In this document: positions 1-9,821 of the stretch, one piece after another
How positions within the stretch are numbered: the stretch's first letter is position 1
Layout: every line of letters begins with the position of its first letter
Origin: Oopsacas minuta
Taxonomy: Eukaryota > Animalia > Porifera
Assembly: GCA_024704765.1 (NCBI GenBank)
Contig: JAKMXF010000300.1
Location: 124,001 to 188,000, forward strand
Direction: 5' to 3'
DNA: 64,000 bases
Notes under the pieces: model-generated
What the model saw: the letters and a program-made list of their open reading frames with translations, nothing else
Database searches by the model: none
What the model was told of the DNA's origin: nothing
Program-made: the position numbers and the translations under genes

Positions 1-1339
1 CAGATAGAATCTCGTTTTGCTCAGGAAATACATTGGGATTATCAGTTGCACTATTTATTTCTGTCTCAATTATCCCAGACACGAAATCTATGGTATCAGC
101 TACAATACCATGAACCTGGGGTATACACCGTAGAGAATAAGGATCTTGTACTTTACCACAATTAGCATGTAGTTTGCATATTTCAGAAGGATGTAGGTCA
201 GAGTGTAATAAAGCTCTCAAACGTTGTGCGCATTTACCTTGACCCTTGTGTGCTCGTATTTTGTGTAGACAGGAACTGAATGGAACTTTAGAACCTGAAT
301 ACGCTTCCAGTGTTAAAGCCGCGATGACGTCAGCTTGTTGACAGAGTAGTTTAGCACGACACACAGCTTCTGCTCCTAAACTAGATATGAATTGAGTACC
401 ATTGATAAGACACAGACCTTCTTTAAACATTAGAGTAATAGGGGTCAATTTATTAGCCGATAAAACATCTCTAGCTTCTCCCCAACCTGTAACAGGACTC
501 CATAGCTCACCGTTACCCATAAGAGCATGTGATAAATGCGCCAGTGGCGCCAAATCTCCACTAGCCCCAGCTGTTCCCTGCTCAGGGATACGAGGTATAA
601 TTCCATCATTGAATATCTCAACTAAATGCTGTAGTAATGAGAACGATATTCCACTGTAGCCTTTTGCTAATACATTAATTCTCAATGCAAACATCATTCT
701 AGTATGTTTCATAGATAAATCAGGGCCTACACCAGCTGAATGGGATAGAATTAAGTTCTCTTGTAGCTGTTTGATTTTTTCATGAGGAATTCTAGTACTA
801 GCTAATCTACCAAATCCTGTATTTACTCCATATATTGTATCACCTTGTTCTATTCTATATTCGAGGTAATTTCTAGCTAGGTCAATTCGTGTTCTTACTT
901 CGGGAAATAAAGCGATTTTCTTCTCAAAATCTGAGAGTGACACAAGTTCTGAGATAGACAAGGTGTTTCCGTCAATTTTTATAAATTCTGACTCATTCTT
1001 CGTCTTTTCACGCAATATAATCGTATCGAAGTTAGTTAGGGAGGCAGATAAATCTAACTTATCTCCACTAGCCAAATGCGAAATATCTAGGGTTTCGATT
1101 TTCTCGTTACTTAGCCCATAAGCAAAGTGTATTGCATTCTTCACAGAAATATCATCTTCTAGAGATTTCAAAATTACAGTTTCTAATTTTGGTTTATCTT
1201 TCCCCTTACTATAGAATAATATATTTAAGCTAGTTGATATTTTACCAATCTTTATTTCTGCTTCTTGTTTGTTTGATTGTTCAACCTGAAGGGAGTCATA
1301 TTTGTTATCAACGTGTTCCGGAGAATTTTCGAAATGCAT
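1..1339 (-). CDS. HAL: Histidine ammonia-lyase, 3'-truncated by the window edge, intronless over the visible part
   Basis: Manual translation of an open minus frame from ATG 1339 to base 1 (absent from the ORF track because there is no stop in the window): IDGNTL, GVNTGFG, GTAGASGDLAPLAH (MIO-forming ASG at 557-565), QDPYSLRCIPQVHG, INSATDNP; ~115 aa N-terminal extension as in animal HAL. Confidence 0.95.
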   Translation of the reverse strand, partial: MHFENSPEHVDNKYDSLQVEQSNKQEAEIKIGKISTSLNILFYSKGKDKPKLETVILKSLEDDISVKNAIHFAYGLSNEKIETLDISHLASGDKLDLSASLTNFDTIILREKTKNESEFIKIDGNTLSISELVSLSDFEKKIALFPEVRTRIDLARNYLEYRIEQGDTIYGVNTGFGRLASTRIPHEKIKQLQENLILSHSAGVGPDLSMKHTRMMFALRINVLAKGYSGISFSLLQHLVEIFNDGIIPRIPEQGTAGASGDLAPLAHLSHALMGNGELWSPVTGWGEARDVLSANKLTPITLMFKEGLCLINGTQFISSLGAEAVCRAKLLCQQADVIAALTLEAYSGSKVPFSSCLHKIRAHKGQGKCAQRLRALLHSDLHPSEICKLHANCGKVQDPYSLRCIPQVHGIVADTIDFVSGIIETEINSATDNPNVFPEQNEILS

Positions 1340-1741
1340 TTAGAAAGTTCCCTAAATTTAGTCAAATGAGATATTACAGATTATATAAAATGGACAATTG
1401 GGCATGACCGTTGGTAGATAATGAAAAGTGGGTTACCTTTTGCCAGGGTCTCACCACTCTCTGGTACATAAGTCACATATAGACAAATGCAGGGAGTGGT
1501 ACCAAAGGTGTTCCCATATACACATGATTTCCAGTTAAAGATTCTAATAAAAGTGACGTAATGACAAACTATTAGTAGTGAGCTTAATGTTCCGACCCGA
1601 TGCGCAACCTGTCCGATTACGTAACGGGACCAAGGGCGTAGCAGCAAATGGATTTGAGGGGGCCTGGCAGAATTTTGGGAGGGCAAAGCTTGTCAAAATA
1701 CATTCAGTTTTCAACTAATCCGTAATATAATCAATATTTTT

Positions 1742-1796
1742 GGAGTCCCCAGCGCTTCGCTCATGAATGGGACTCCCGTTAGGTTACGTAACGGGA
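1742..1796. repeat. Two abutting GC-rich hairpins, possible Helitron/Helentron-type element remnant
   Basis: GGAGTCCC(1742-1749)/GGGACTCC(1769-1776) around agcgcttcgct; TCCCGTTA/TAACGGGA ending at 1796; the 13-mer TTACGTAACGGGA is repeated at 1617-1629 and 1784-1796. Confidence 0.45.
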
Positions 1797-1820
1797 TGGA
1801 AGTTGGGCATCCGGACAGAA

Positions 1821-1842
1821 TATATATATATATATATATATA
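1821..1842. repeat. (TA)11 microsatellite
   Basis: Direct reading of tatatatatatatatatatata. Confidence 0.95.
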
Positions 1843-2502
1843 GGGATGCGAAAATCGACCAAGATTATCGAAATACAAGAGCGTCCCTAATTCACGGAAC
1901 GGAAACGGACAAGTTTCTTGAAGAAATGTAAAATTCTTCGATTGTAGCACATTTGGCTTTGTAAATCCTTATTTTTGGTATATACAAACATTGACGTGAA
2001 ATGTCATTACATATGCTTGACAACCGTCATGATACAATTACTCTAATTGACAAGGCCTAAAATGTGCAATAAACAACAAATTAGAAATTTCAAGAAAACT
2101 TGTTCGTTCCAATTAGGGTATCAAAATGGACGATTCCCACTGTGAGTACTCTATTCACTGTTAGTCTTACAACCGGATGGTTGGCAAGTAGCCAAGTACA
2201 TATGTGGATATACAATTTCAAAACTCATTGGATTATATAAGCACGTATACTTTACTATGTTTGTGATTTTCTTCAAATTCTATAATTACACTATTGAACT
2301 ATTTTTGAATTTGGCAGGGGTAATAGGGTGTGCAGAGCTCGAAAGTAACTAATTCACAGAAAATTAACCATATGATCCATCCAATTTTATTTATTGAGTT
2401 TTTTATTGGAATGTTTCGCATGAAAAATTTGTATTTGATTTTATTATGTCATGTTTTTTATTTAGTTATATCGCGAATATTGTCGCTTTATATTCGTGAA
2501 CG

Positions 2503-5500
2503 ATGGCGGAGGGTGAAGTCGAACTTGAAAACTTGATCCAGAAAGATTATTATAACACTTCTTTCTCATATGAACTCACAAATAAATATTTATGTTACAT
2601 ATCAGTTAATAAAGATGTTTTCTTTGAGAAACAACATCAACTTGTGATTGCTGTCATTCCTGAAGATTCCCAGAATACGAAATGTAGTACTTTATCCCTG
2701 GTTCTACCTACACAAGATAGTCAAGTTATACTCATTCCAAAGGATTTAGTAATCAAGTTACATGCTGGCAGTGAAATCCTTGAAAATTCGAATTTTCTGA
2801 AAGAATTTATTCAAATTATTTTTAGTCAAGAATCATTTGAAGCAGTTGAATTATTATTACACCAGGAAATATTCTCTTGGTCAAAATTCCTTACGATTTC
2901 TATACAGTTTACTCGTGTCCTTCAATTTGTATTGAGTGAGAAACTACTAGAATATGGCGGATTTCCCTTTGATAGTTTAGAAAATGGTAACACTCTATTG
3001 CACTTATGTGTATACGGGAATTATTGTGGTAGTATTAAAGTGATATTGGATCTACTTGGATGGAAAGCATTCCAATCAATCAAAGATGTTACCAAGCAGG
3101 ATATTCAGAATTTTGTTGATAAGACAAATTCCTCAGACAATACAGCTTTACAACTCTGTGTGTTGAAACATAGTCATTATTGTCTGCTACATCTGTTGGA
3201 AGTAGGTGCTGATATTGGTAAGTTTTGTCTGAATTTCTGGTATTTACTATAACTGTAATTAAGTGTGAGATTTACTATTTATGCTTTAGGCATTGTGGAT
3301 ATGAATCGTAACTCTATCTTTCATTTTGCTAGTTATTTCGACGACGTGAAATCAATTCAGATAATATTCAACTACTTCGAATCGAGAGATGTAGCCAGTC
3401 TTATTTTACGTGATGAAATGAAGCGTTTCAATAAGCAACTTTTAGCTCCGATATTGCTATCAAAGAGTATAGCAGTGATAGATACATTTCTGGGTTACAT
3501 AGATTTAAATGTAGCATTCGATGATAGTGGAAATCTGCTAATCCATTTAGCTTGTAAACACAATAACGTTTATTTAGTAAACAAACTTTGTTGTCTATCT
3601 AGAGATTTGAATGCAATTAATAAAGATGCAAAAACTCCTTTGAAAATAGCTGCTCTACAAGGTAACGTTAAAATAGTAGAGTTGTTGTTGGATGCTGGAG
3701 TAAGTGTAGGAGAGAAAGACGATGAAAATGCTGCTTTATTTCTAGCTGCTGAGATGGGAAATATTAAGATTGTTTCAATACTGATAGGATATGGTGAGCT
3801 TGTTCAGAGGTTCTTTAGAGGCTGGTTATAAGAACATTATCCAGAATTGCATATAATGTACAATGGATATCGCTTAAATACCTTATAAGCACACAATTGG
3901 CAGTGTAGCATAATATGTTTTTATACATTTTGTTCGTCTAATCGGAATACAGTGGAGTTCGCCTATTTAGCAAATCGTATTTTGCAGTTAATACTTGAAC
4001 TTGCTATTAAATGAATTATTTCCGATACAAAATGGGTTCTAAGTTCATGAAAAAGCTTGCTATTAGGCGATACCACTGTAAATTTTACATAAGCATATGA
4101 AAACCGTTTTCAAACGATGGTTCTTATATCTGGTATTTTCTTGTGAGCGATATTCACCGTCTAAGAACATGTTCTTATAATCAGCGTTCGTATATATCCA
4201 GCTTCTACTGGTAGAAATACCTTATTATGTAATGCTATTAATCTATATTTTATTATTCAGGTGCAAGTATGTATGGCAGATATAGTAATGTGTTACACGC
4301 TGCTTCTAAGGGCGATAATATAGAGCTGATTGAGTACCTGATTACTGAACAGAAAATTGAAATAGATACCATGGATATAAATGGAGAATCTGCTTTATTC
4401 AAATCTGTTATGCTCGGTCATAAATTAAGTGTAAAGTATTTACTAATGAAAGGAGCTAATCCAAACCAAATTAACTGTGAGAAAGAAAATATGTTAATTC
4501 TCGCGATTGAACATGGCGAATTTGAAATTGTTAAAATTCTCCTCGCTTTTAAAGCGGATGCAAGTTATGTCAAACCTGATGGAAAGACTAGTCTAATAAT
4601 TGCCTGTGAGAACGATAGAGACGATATTCTGTCTCTTATTATTGATCAAATTACTCTTGAAAGTCTAAATCACTGTGACAATAATGGAAATAGTATTGGT
4701 CATATAGCAGTTATTAATGATGCGTGGAAGTGTAATCATTTATTAGTAGAGTGTTTTTCCGATCAATGTACGAATGACCAAATAAAGCAACTTCTATTCA
4801 AACAGAGGAATAATGATGGAATGAGTTTGTATGAGGTACTTTTCCGTAATAAAGGTAAAGACCTAAAATATTTATTATTTAACGCACCTATCGACTACTT
4901 CTTTGACAATCCTGAGGAATTACATAGGATGTATGATGATGGAAATTATGACCTTCTTGTAATCCTCCTTGATAGGTTTGTGGCTATTCAAGATAATGTT
5001 ACAGTTTATACTAAATGTTTCGATGCACTTAATGATGGTTCTTATCCTGGAGATGAAGGTTTTCGCTATTTTAAAGAGAGTTTCTTTCATAAAATCTTAA
5101 ATTGTCAATATGACACATTGAAGTATCACCCTGTAGTTAGCTTAGTTGCTAAGTCAAAGTATGTGCCATTTAAGTGGATCTCTTTTATCGAGTTTTTTTC
5201 GCATTTATGTTTCCTTTTTTTCATGGCATATGCTTTCATTTCAGCTTCATATACCTGCCAAGCTGAATTATTTGCGTATAATGATCTTATCTCTATTTGT
5301 AGACTGGTTAGTGAGATTTTACTCTTGATATATTATCTTATATTTGGTATATCTATTTGTCTACAGTTCTTATCAAAATGGTTGCAAGTAAGTTCAAAGT
5401 TTATACGCTATATAGTATATACGTACAATCAACTCCCGTTTTATCGAAGCTCAAAGTATTGCGATTGGATATAACTGATGAGAATATACGATATACTATT

Positions 5501-6838
5501 TTCACGGTTTGGGGCCATATTTGTACAATTTACTACTTCGATATAGCCGTATCCGATTTAACAGGAGTTGACTGTAGTTCTAAATACATCCTATGAACAT
5601 TTGAATTATTATTCTATCTGATTTCTTATCCCAGATTTATTTCTCTTTAGGTTTATGAGAATAAATCAGAGTTCTCAAGAGAATCAATGACTATTCACTG
5701 GCTACACAAACATTATAGATTTAGTCACATGAATAGCTATTATAAAGTAATGAGACCATATTTTTTTGGATTTATAAACTGGTTTGATAAAAAGACACTT
5801 TATGTCTTCCCAGCGTTATTCAAACACTTTTATCAATTTTACAATCTTCTCAGTATTGCAGCAGTATCAAGTGGAACTATTTTCATTGCATTACGATTAA
5901 CTCAAGATCAAAACCAATGGGCTTTCGCTGCTTTGACATTTTCACTGTGTTCTATGTTTTCATTGAAATATGTTAGTGTTCTCCCTAATCTAGGTGCTTA
6001 TATAGCAAGTATTCTACAGATATTCAGGTCTGATATCCCAAAGTTCCTTATAGTTGTTTTTCTCATACTTTTTAGTTATATTGGTTCAATACATTTAGCA
6101 GGGAGATATGAGGCACAACGGAGACACCCAAATGACTCTGTTTGTCTCAATGACTCATCTTATATTTACTGGTTTAATTACGAAGATTCAATTGGCTACA
6201 CCCTCAAAAATCCGTTAATTTCTGGGACTGTATTTGTGCTAGATGGCGGTCCGAGTGATGTACAATCAAGTTTGTTAAATCTCAGTTTTGTATACATTTC
6301 TATTTACTTATTTTTCGGATTTTTAGTAATAATAATATTGTTAAATATTCTAATTGCTCAGCTATCACTGACATACGCTGAGATCAGTGCTGAAAGAGAA
6401 TTCCATTTTATTTTCCAGTTGGTTGTTTACTATGAATTAATATCTACAGCTAATTTAATTCTGGGGCGTTATTTCAGACCAAGGAGTGTGATTAAACATA
6501 TTGTATTGAGCAAGACGGAATGGAGGAAATATCTCAATGGAAGTCCTAGCCGTAGTGGCGATCTGTTGACTCGAGATATTGATGTGAGATCTAGAAATAT
6601 CAGCGATAATGTTAGTTTAGTACAAACTGTATTAAGTAAAATGAAATCAAGCTTGTATACTACTTCAGAAATTATTACTCATCTGTATGATAATTTTGTC
6701 GAGCTGAGGCGAGATTATTTTTGCGAGAAATTACCGCGTGATGTCAGCACCAGTGTAGATGTGGAGCAGATTAATAAAAGATTGGATGTGTTAGAAGGAA
6801 AAATGGAGAGAATAATTCAACTACTTGAAAATAATTAA
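2503..6838 (+). CDS. Ankyrin-repeat TRP cation channel (TRPA-like), 4 exons: 2503-3217, 3290-3793, 4261-5387, 5651-6838; 1177 aa
   Basis: GT-AG junctions join the four ORFs in frame (3534 nt). Many ankyrin repeats (GNTLLHL, GNLLIHLA, KTPLKIAA, GESALFKS, GKTSLIIA, GNSIGHIA), several TM segments, and an S6/TRP-like motif LLNILIAQLSLTYAEI. Confidence 0.85.
5426..5574. mobile_element. MITE family A copy (TIR CAGTCAACTCCCGTTATATCGAA, TA flanks) in TRP intron 3
   Basis: ta|caatcaactcccgttttatcgaagctcaa ... cgatttaacaggagttgactg|ta. Confidence 0.8.
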
Positions 6839-6964
6839 TTTTGTATATGTTGCCAGTTTTGAAAATCTTGTATTTACTTGACATACTCTTATCCTTTGTA
6901 TATCTGTTTACGACAAACGTATATCTGTGATTTATTGACATTTATAGCAACAACAGTACAGTAG

Positions 6965-7046
6965 ATGAAATTCACTGCGGGATGATATATGAAAATATGG
7001 ATTACAAAATCCTTATTTTCATATATCATCCCGCAGTGAATTTCAT
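6965..7046. repeat. 82-nt near-perfect palindrome (33-bp perfect arms)
   Basis: Arm 6965-6997 ATGAAATTCACTGCGGGATGATATATGAAAATA is the exact reverse complement of 7014-7046; the inner GGATT/AATCC also pairs, with a 4-nt loop. Confidence 0.95.
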
Positions 7047-7057
7047 GCATCAAAATA

Positions 7058-7125
7058 CACTATTTCAGTTATCCGAACATCATACTTGAAATTCAAGGAC
7101 GAAGGTGTTCGGATAATCGAGGGTG
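7058..7125. mobile_element. Very small TA-flanked MITE
   Basis: ta|cactatttcagttatccgaaca ... tgttcggataatcgagggtg|ta; imperfect TIRs. Confidence 0.6.
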
Positions 7126-7166
7126 TACTGATATTATCATGTATTGAATAGTGGAAATTTTACATA

Positions 7167-7263
7167 CAGCCGACTTCGCTAAAACACAAAATAAAATTGC
7201 TTTATAGTGACCTGAGGATAACTGTCAGATAAGAATTTTCCAATAATTAAGCGGAATCGACTG
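7167..7263. mobile_element. TA-flanked MITE (family C; related right end at ~21690-21712)
   Basis: ta|cagccgacttcgct ... gcggaatcgactg|ta. Confidence 0.6.
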
Positions 7264-7294
7264 TATTACAAATTTATAAACTAAGAATATTTGA

Positions 7295-8941
7295 ATGGAC
7301 AATCTACCTACATCAACTAATGGTACTGGGGATTTGAAGAACAGTGTCCTGAAGCTGGTAAGAGAAGCAAAGCGCATGAAACTAGACGGAGTCTTAGATC
7401 CTGATGGTCTAATCAGTGGAGAAACAAGATCACATCTCCCGATTCTAAGCCAAGCACTTAACTCTTATTCTCTCCCACTTTCTAAATACTTACACGCGAA
7501 AGGTTATGAATTGTTTGGTAAAACTGATTCCAGATTTTTGGAGGTAGTTTATAAAATGCTAAGAGATGAATTCAATTACAGACCTAAGATAACTCGCCTG
7601 CAGTTCCTTACAGATTCTTCATTCATAGAACGAAAGATTCTATTCACGTTTGATCTTCTAAAACTATGTCAGTCAAAACATAGAGATTTGCAGAGATTTG
7701 CTGTAAAAGTTGGAAAACCAGTGAATAAGCCAAAAGCAATAGATAAAGTTACCAGACCTATTCGTATGCAAACTGTAAAACCTGTACAGCAAGATGCTAA
7801 TACATTCGCATTCTCTGATATCCCACAAGATGATGTATTCACTCTCAAACCGGAACAAATTGTCCCGACAGACCGGTTATCTAAAGCGTCTGCTAATTCA
7901 AGTTTAGTGCCTTTATTTCAACACAATATACCGGTTCCATCTCAATTACTCCCGCAGCTTAAGGAATCAAAACCTGAGACACCTACAGTGGAATCACATA
8001 CAAATGAGTTTCTTCCTTCTCCTACCCCCAGACCAGCTTCTTTTCCTTCTATAGACTTCCTACACGATAGAGAGTTAGACGTAACCCCGTTGCAAACACC
8101 TGAGAAACCCTCCCGGACTAAAACAGCTCCAACACGGGAAGAGTTGAAAGAAGGCGTAAGGAGAATCCGTTTTCAACTCGACACGATCCCAGATCTCCTA
8201 CCTGAAGACTCAGATAGTGATGGACCAATTGATGACAATTTAATCGAACTAGCTACTGAAGATCCTATACCTCCATCTTCTGATAAAATAACAATATCTA
8301 CATCTACAACTGGACTAATGTTTGATTCTCCTTCCCCAGAACCTGTGATACACAAAAACAAACATGAAAAACAAATGACTAATTTGGTAGAACAAATGTC
8401 TGCAAGATTAGCTCTATTTGAAACTCGTCTCAAACACGTAGAATGTACACCAATACAAACTTCTCCTCCGCTACAAGTCTCAAATACCTCACTTATACCT
8501 CCATCTACTTCACCACCAATGACATCATCTCGTATTTACAATCCTAAGAAATATTCTGAAAATGATAATATTCCTAAAGTTATCGCGAAAAAACACAACG
8601 GCAAAACGATTACTTCGAAATTTCGTTCTTCTTCCACCTCTACACCTGCTTCTCTTCCTCAAGCCGGAAATCAATTCTCTCCTCCTCATCGTACGAAAAG
8701 TTCCTCATTTGAAGTTGAAACCAATAGAACACCCTCTTTCATTCCTAGACTAGAGGCTTCGTCATTATCATCTCTACCTGATAGCATTTCTACCGAATTT
8801 TCACACCTCCAAACTTCACCGCCTACACACGAAAATGAAGTCTTAACGGTTATGTATAATCTGCGTAAAAGAGCGGAACGTGCTAGAGACATGTTAGAAA
8901 GCGCAAATTCCAGTCGCAAGAGACTTCGCTACAAATGTTGA
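7295..8941 (+). CDS. CEP44: Centrosomal protein of 44 kDa, intronless, 548 aa
   Basis: N-terminal CEP44 domain (GDLKNSV..., YELFGKTDSRFLEVVYKMLRDEFNYRPKITRLQF, FIERKI), followed by a Pro/Ser-rich region and coiled coils. Confidence 0.9.
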   Translation: MDNLPTSTNGTGDLKNSVLKLVREAKRMKLDGVLDPDGLISGETRSHLPILSQALNSYSLPLSKYLHAKGYELFGKTDSRFLEVVYKMLRDEFNYRPKITRLQFLTDSSFIERKILFTFDLLKLCQSKHRDLQRFAVKVGKPVNKPKAIDKVTRPIRMQTVKPVQQDANTFAFSDIPQDDVFTLKPEQIVPTDRLSKASANSSLVPLFQHNIPVPSQLLPQLKESKPETPTVESHTNEFLPSPTPRPASFPSIDFLHDRELDVTPLQTPEKPSRTKTAPTREELKEGVRRIRFQLDTIPDLLPEDSDSDGPIDDNLIELATEDPIPPSSDKITISTSTTGLMFDSPSPEPVIHKNKHEKQMTNLVEQMSARLALFETRLKHVECTPIQTSPPLQVSNTSLIPPSTSPPMTSSRIYNPKKYSENDNIPKVIAKKHNGKTITSKFRSSSTSTPASLPQAGNQFSPPHRTKSSSFEVETNRTPSFIPRLEASSLSSLPDSISTEFSHLQTSPPTHENEVLTVMYNLRKRAERARDMLESANSSRKRLRYKC

Positions 8942-9215
8942 TTCTACCCTATTAGTATTTACTTATTCGATCTCAGCATTTATTAACTTGAAACAAATTA
9001 ACTGTGTACACTTATTTCCTTCCTCTTCGCATTTCTATTCCGATTCTTTTTAGAATCACACATACTAGTGCCATACTGGGGAGTACGCCTTTCTAAAAAT
9101 AACTTACGTACGTACTTATAAACTGGTTAAGAGTAATTAATTAACTATAATCGTGAACTGTATGGCTCAGGCTATAATAGTATGTATATCATGTATCAAT
9201 TTATTGAAATTTCGA

Positions 9216-9373
9216 TAGGGTTACCGTGGGTACGGAATTCCCATTCCCACAGGTAATCCCATAGTAAGAAAGAATTCCCATTTGGATAGCAACCTTGAAA
9301 AAAACTGTATTTTCCCATATGGAAATCCCATATCAAGAAATGGTTGCAATTCTCATTTCCTACGGTAACCCAT
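9216..9373. mobile_element. MITE-like element with TAGGG-type TIR and internal TTCCCAT subterminal repeats
   Basis: TAGGGTTACCGT at 9216 and ACGGTAACCCAT ending at 9373 (10-bp exact IR GGGTTACCGT); several (A/T)TCCCA(T) motifs inside; no TSD seen. Confidence 0.55.
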
Positions 9374-9821
9374 GATAAAAGTGTATTGAGAAGTTTTACT
9401 TTACCGAATCGTCTGCTACAGCCAATTCTATACGAACACAAGCACATATCAATGTACTTAATCTTAATTGTACAAGTTTTAATGACAAATATGTTATTGA
9501 TATTCGTTCGCTCTTATTGTGTGCTATGTTTTCTTTCATAATTGTAACATTTATCCTTGTATGGTACTACGTAATGAGAAAATATGTTCAAATATTATTA
9601 ATTGCGACATACACTTGTATGCAACTTTTTAAGAAATTATGTATTAGCTAGTACCAAATCGTGAATCTACTGATCAGGTCATTTACTGGTCTACGCAAGT
9701 GACATTGTAACTGGTGATGTGTACTTCTTCTCGGGAGAGTATAAATAGTTAAAAGACTTGTATATGTTCTCAGAATTGCTTCATCTAATTATCTAATTTC
9801 TATATCAAATACACTAGCAAA

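Noticed and set aside
1381-2536. ORFs 1381-1686, 1711-1950 and 2330-2536 as small genes
   Set aside because: They run through microsatellite/repeat or AT-rich promoter sequence and have no protein-like motifs.
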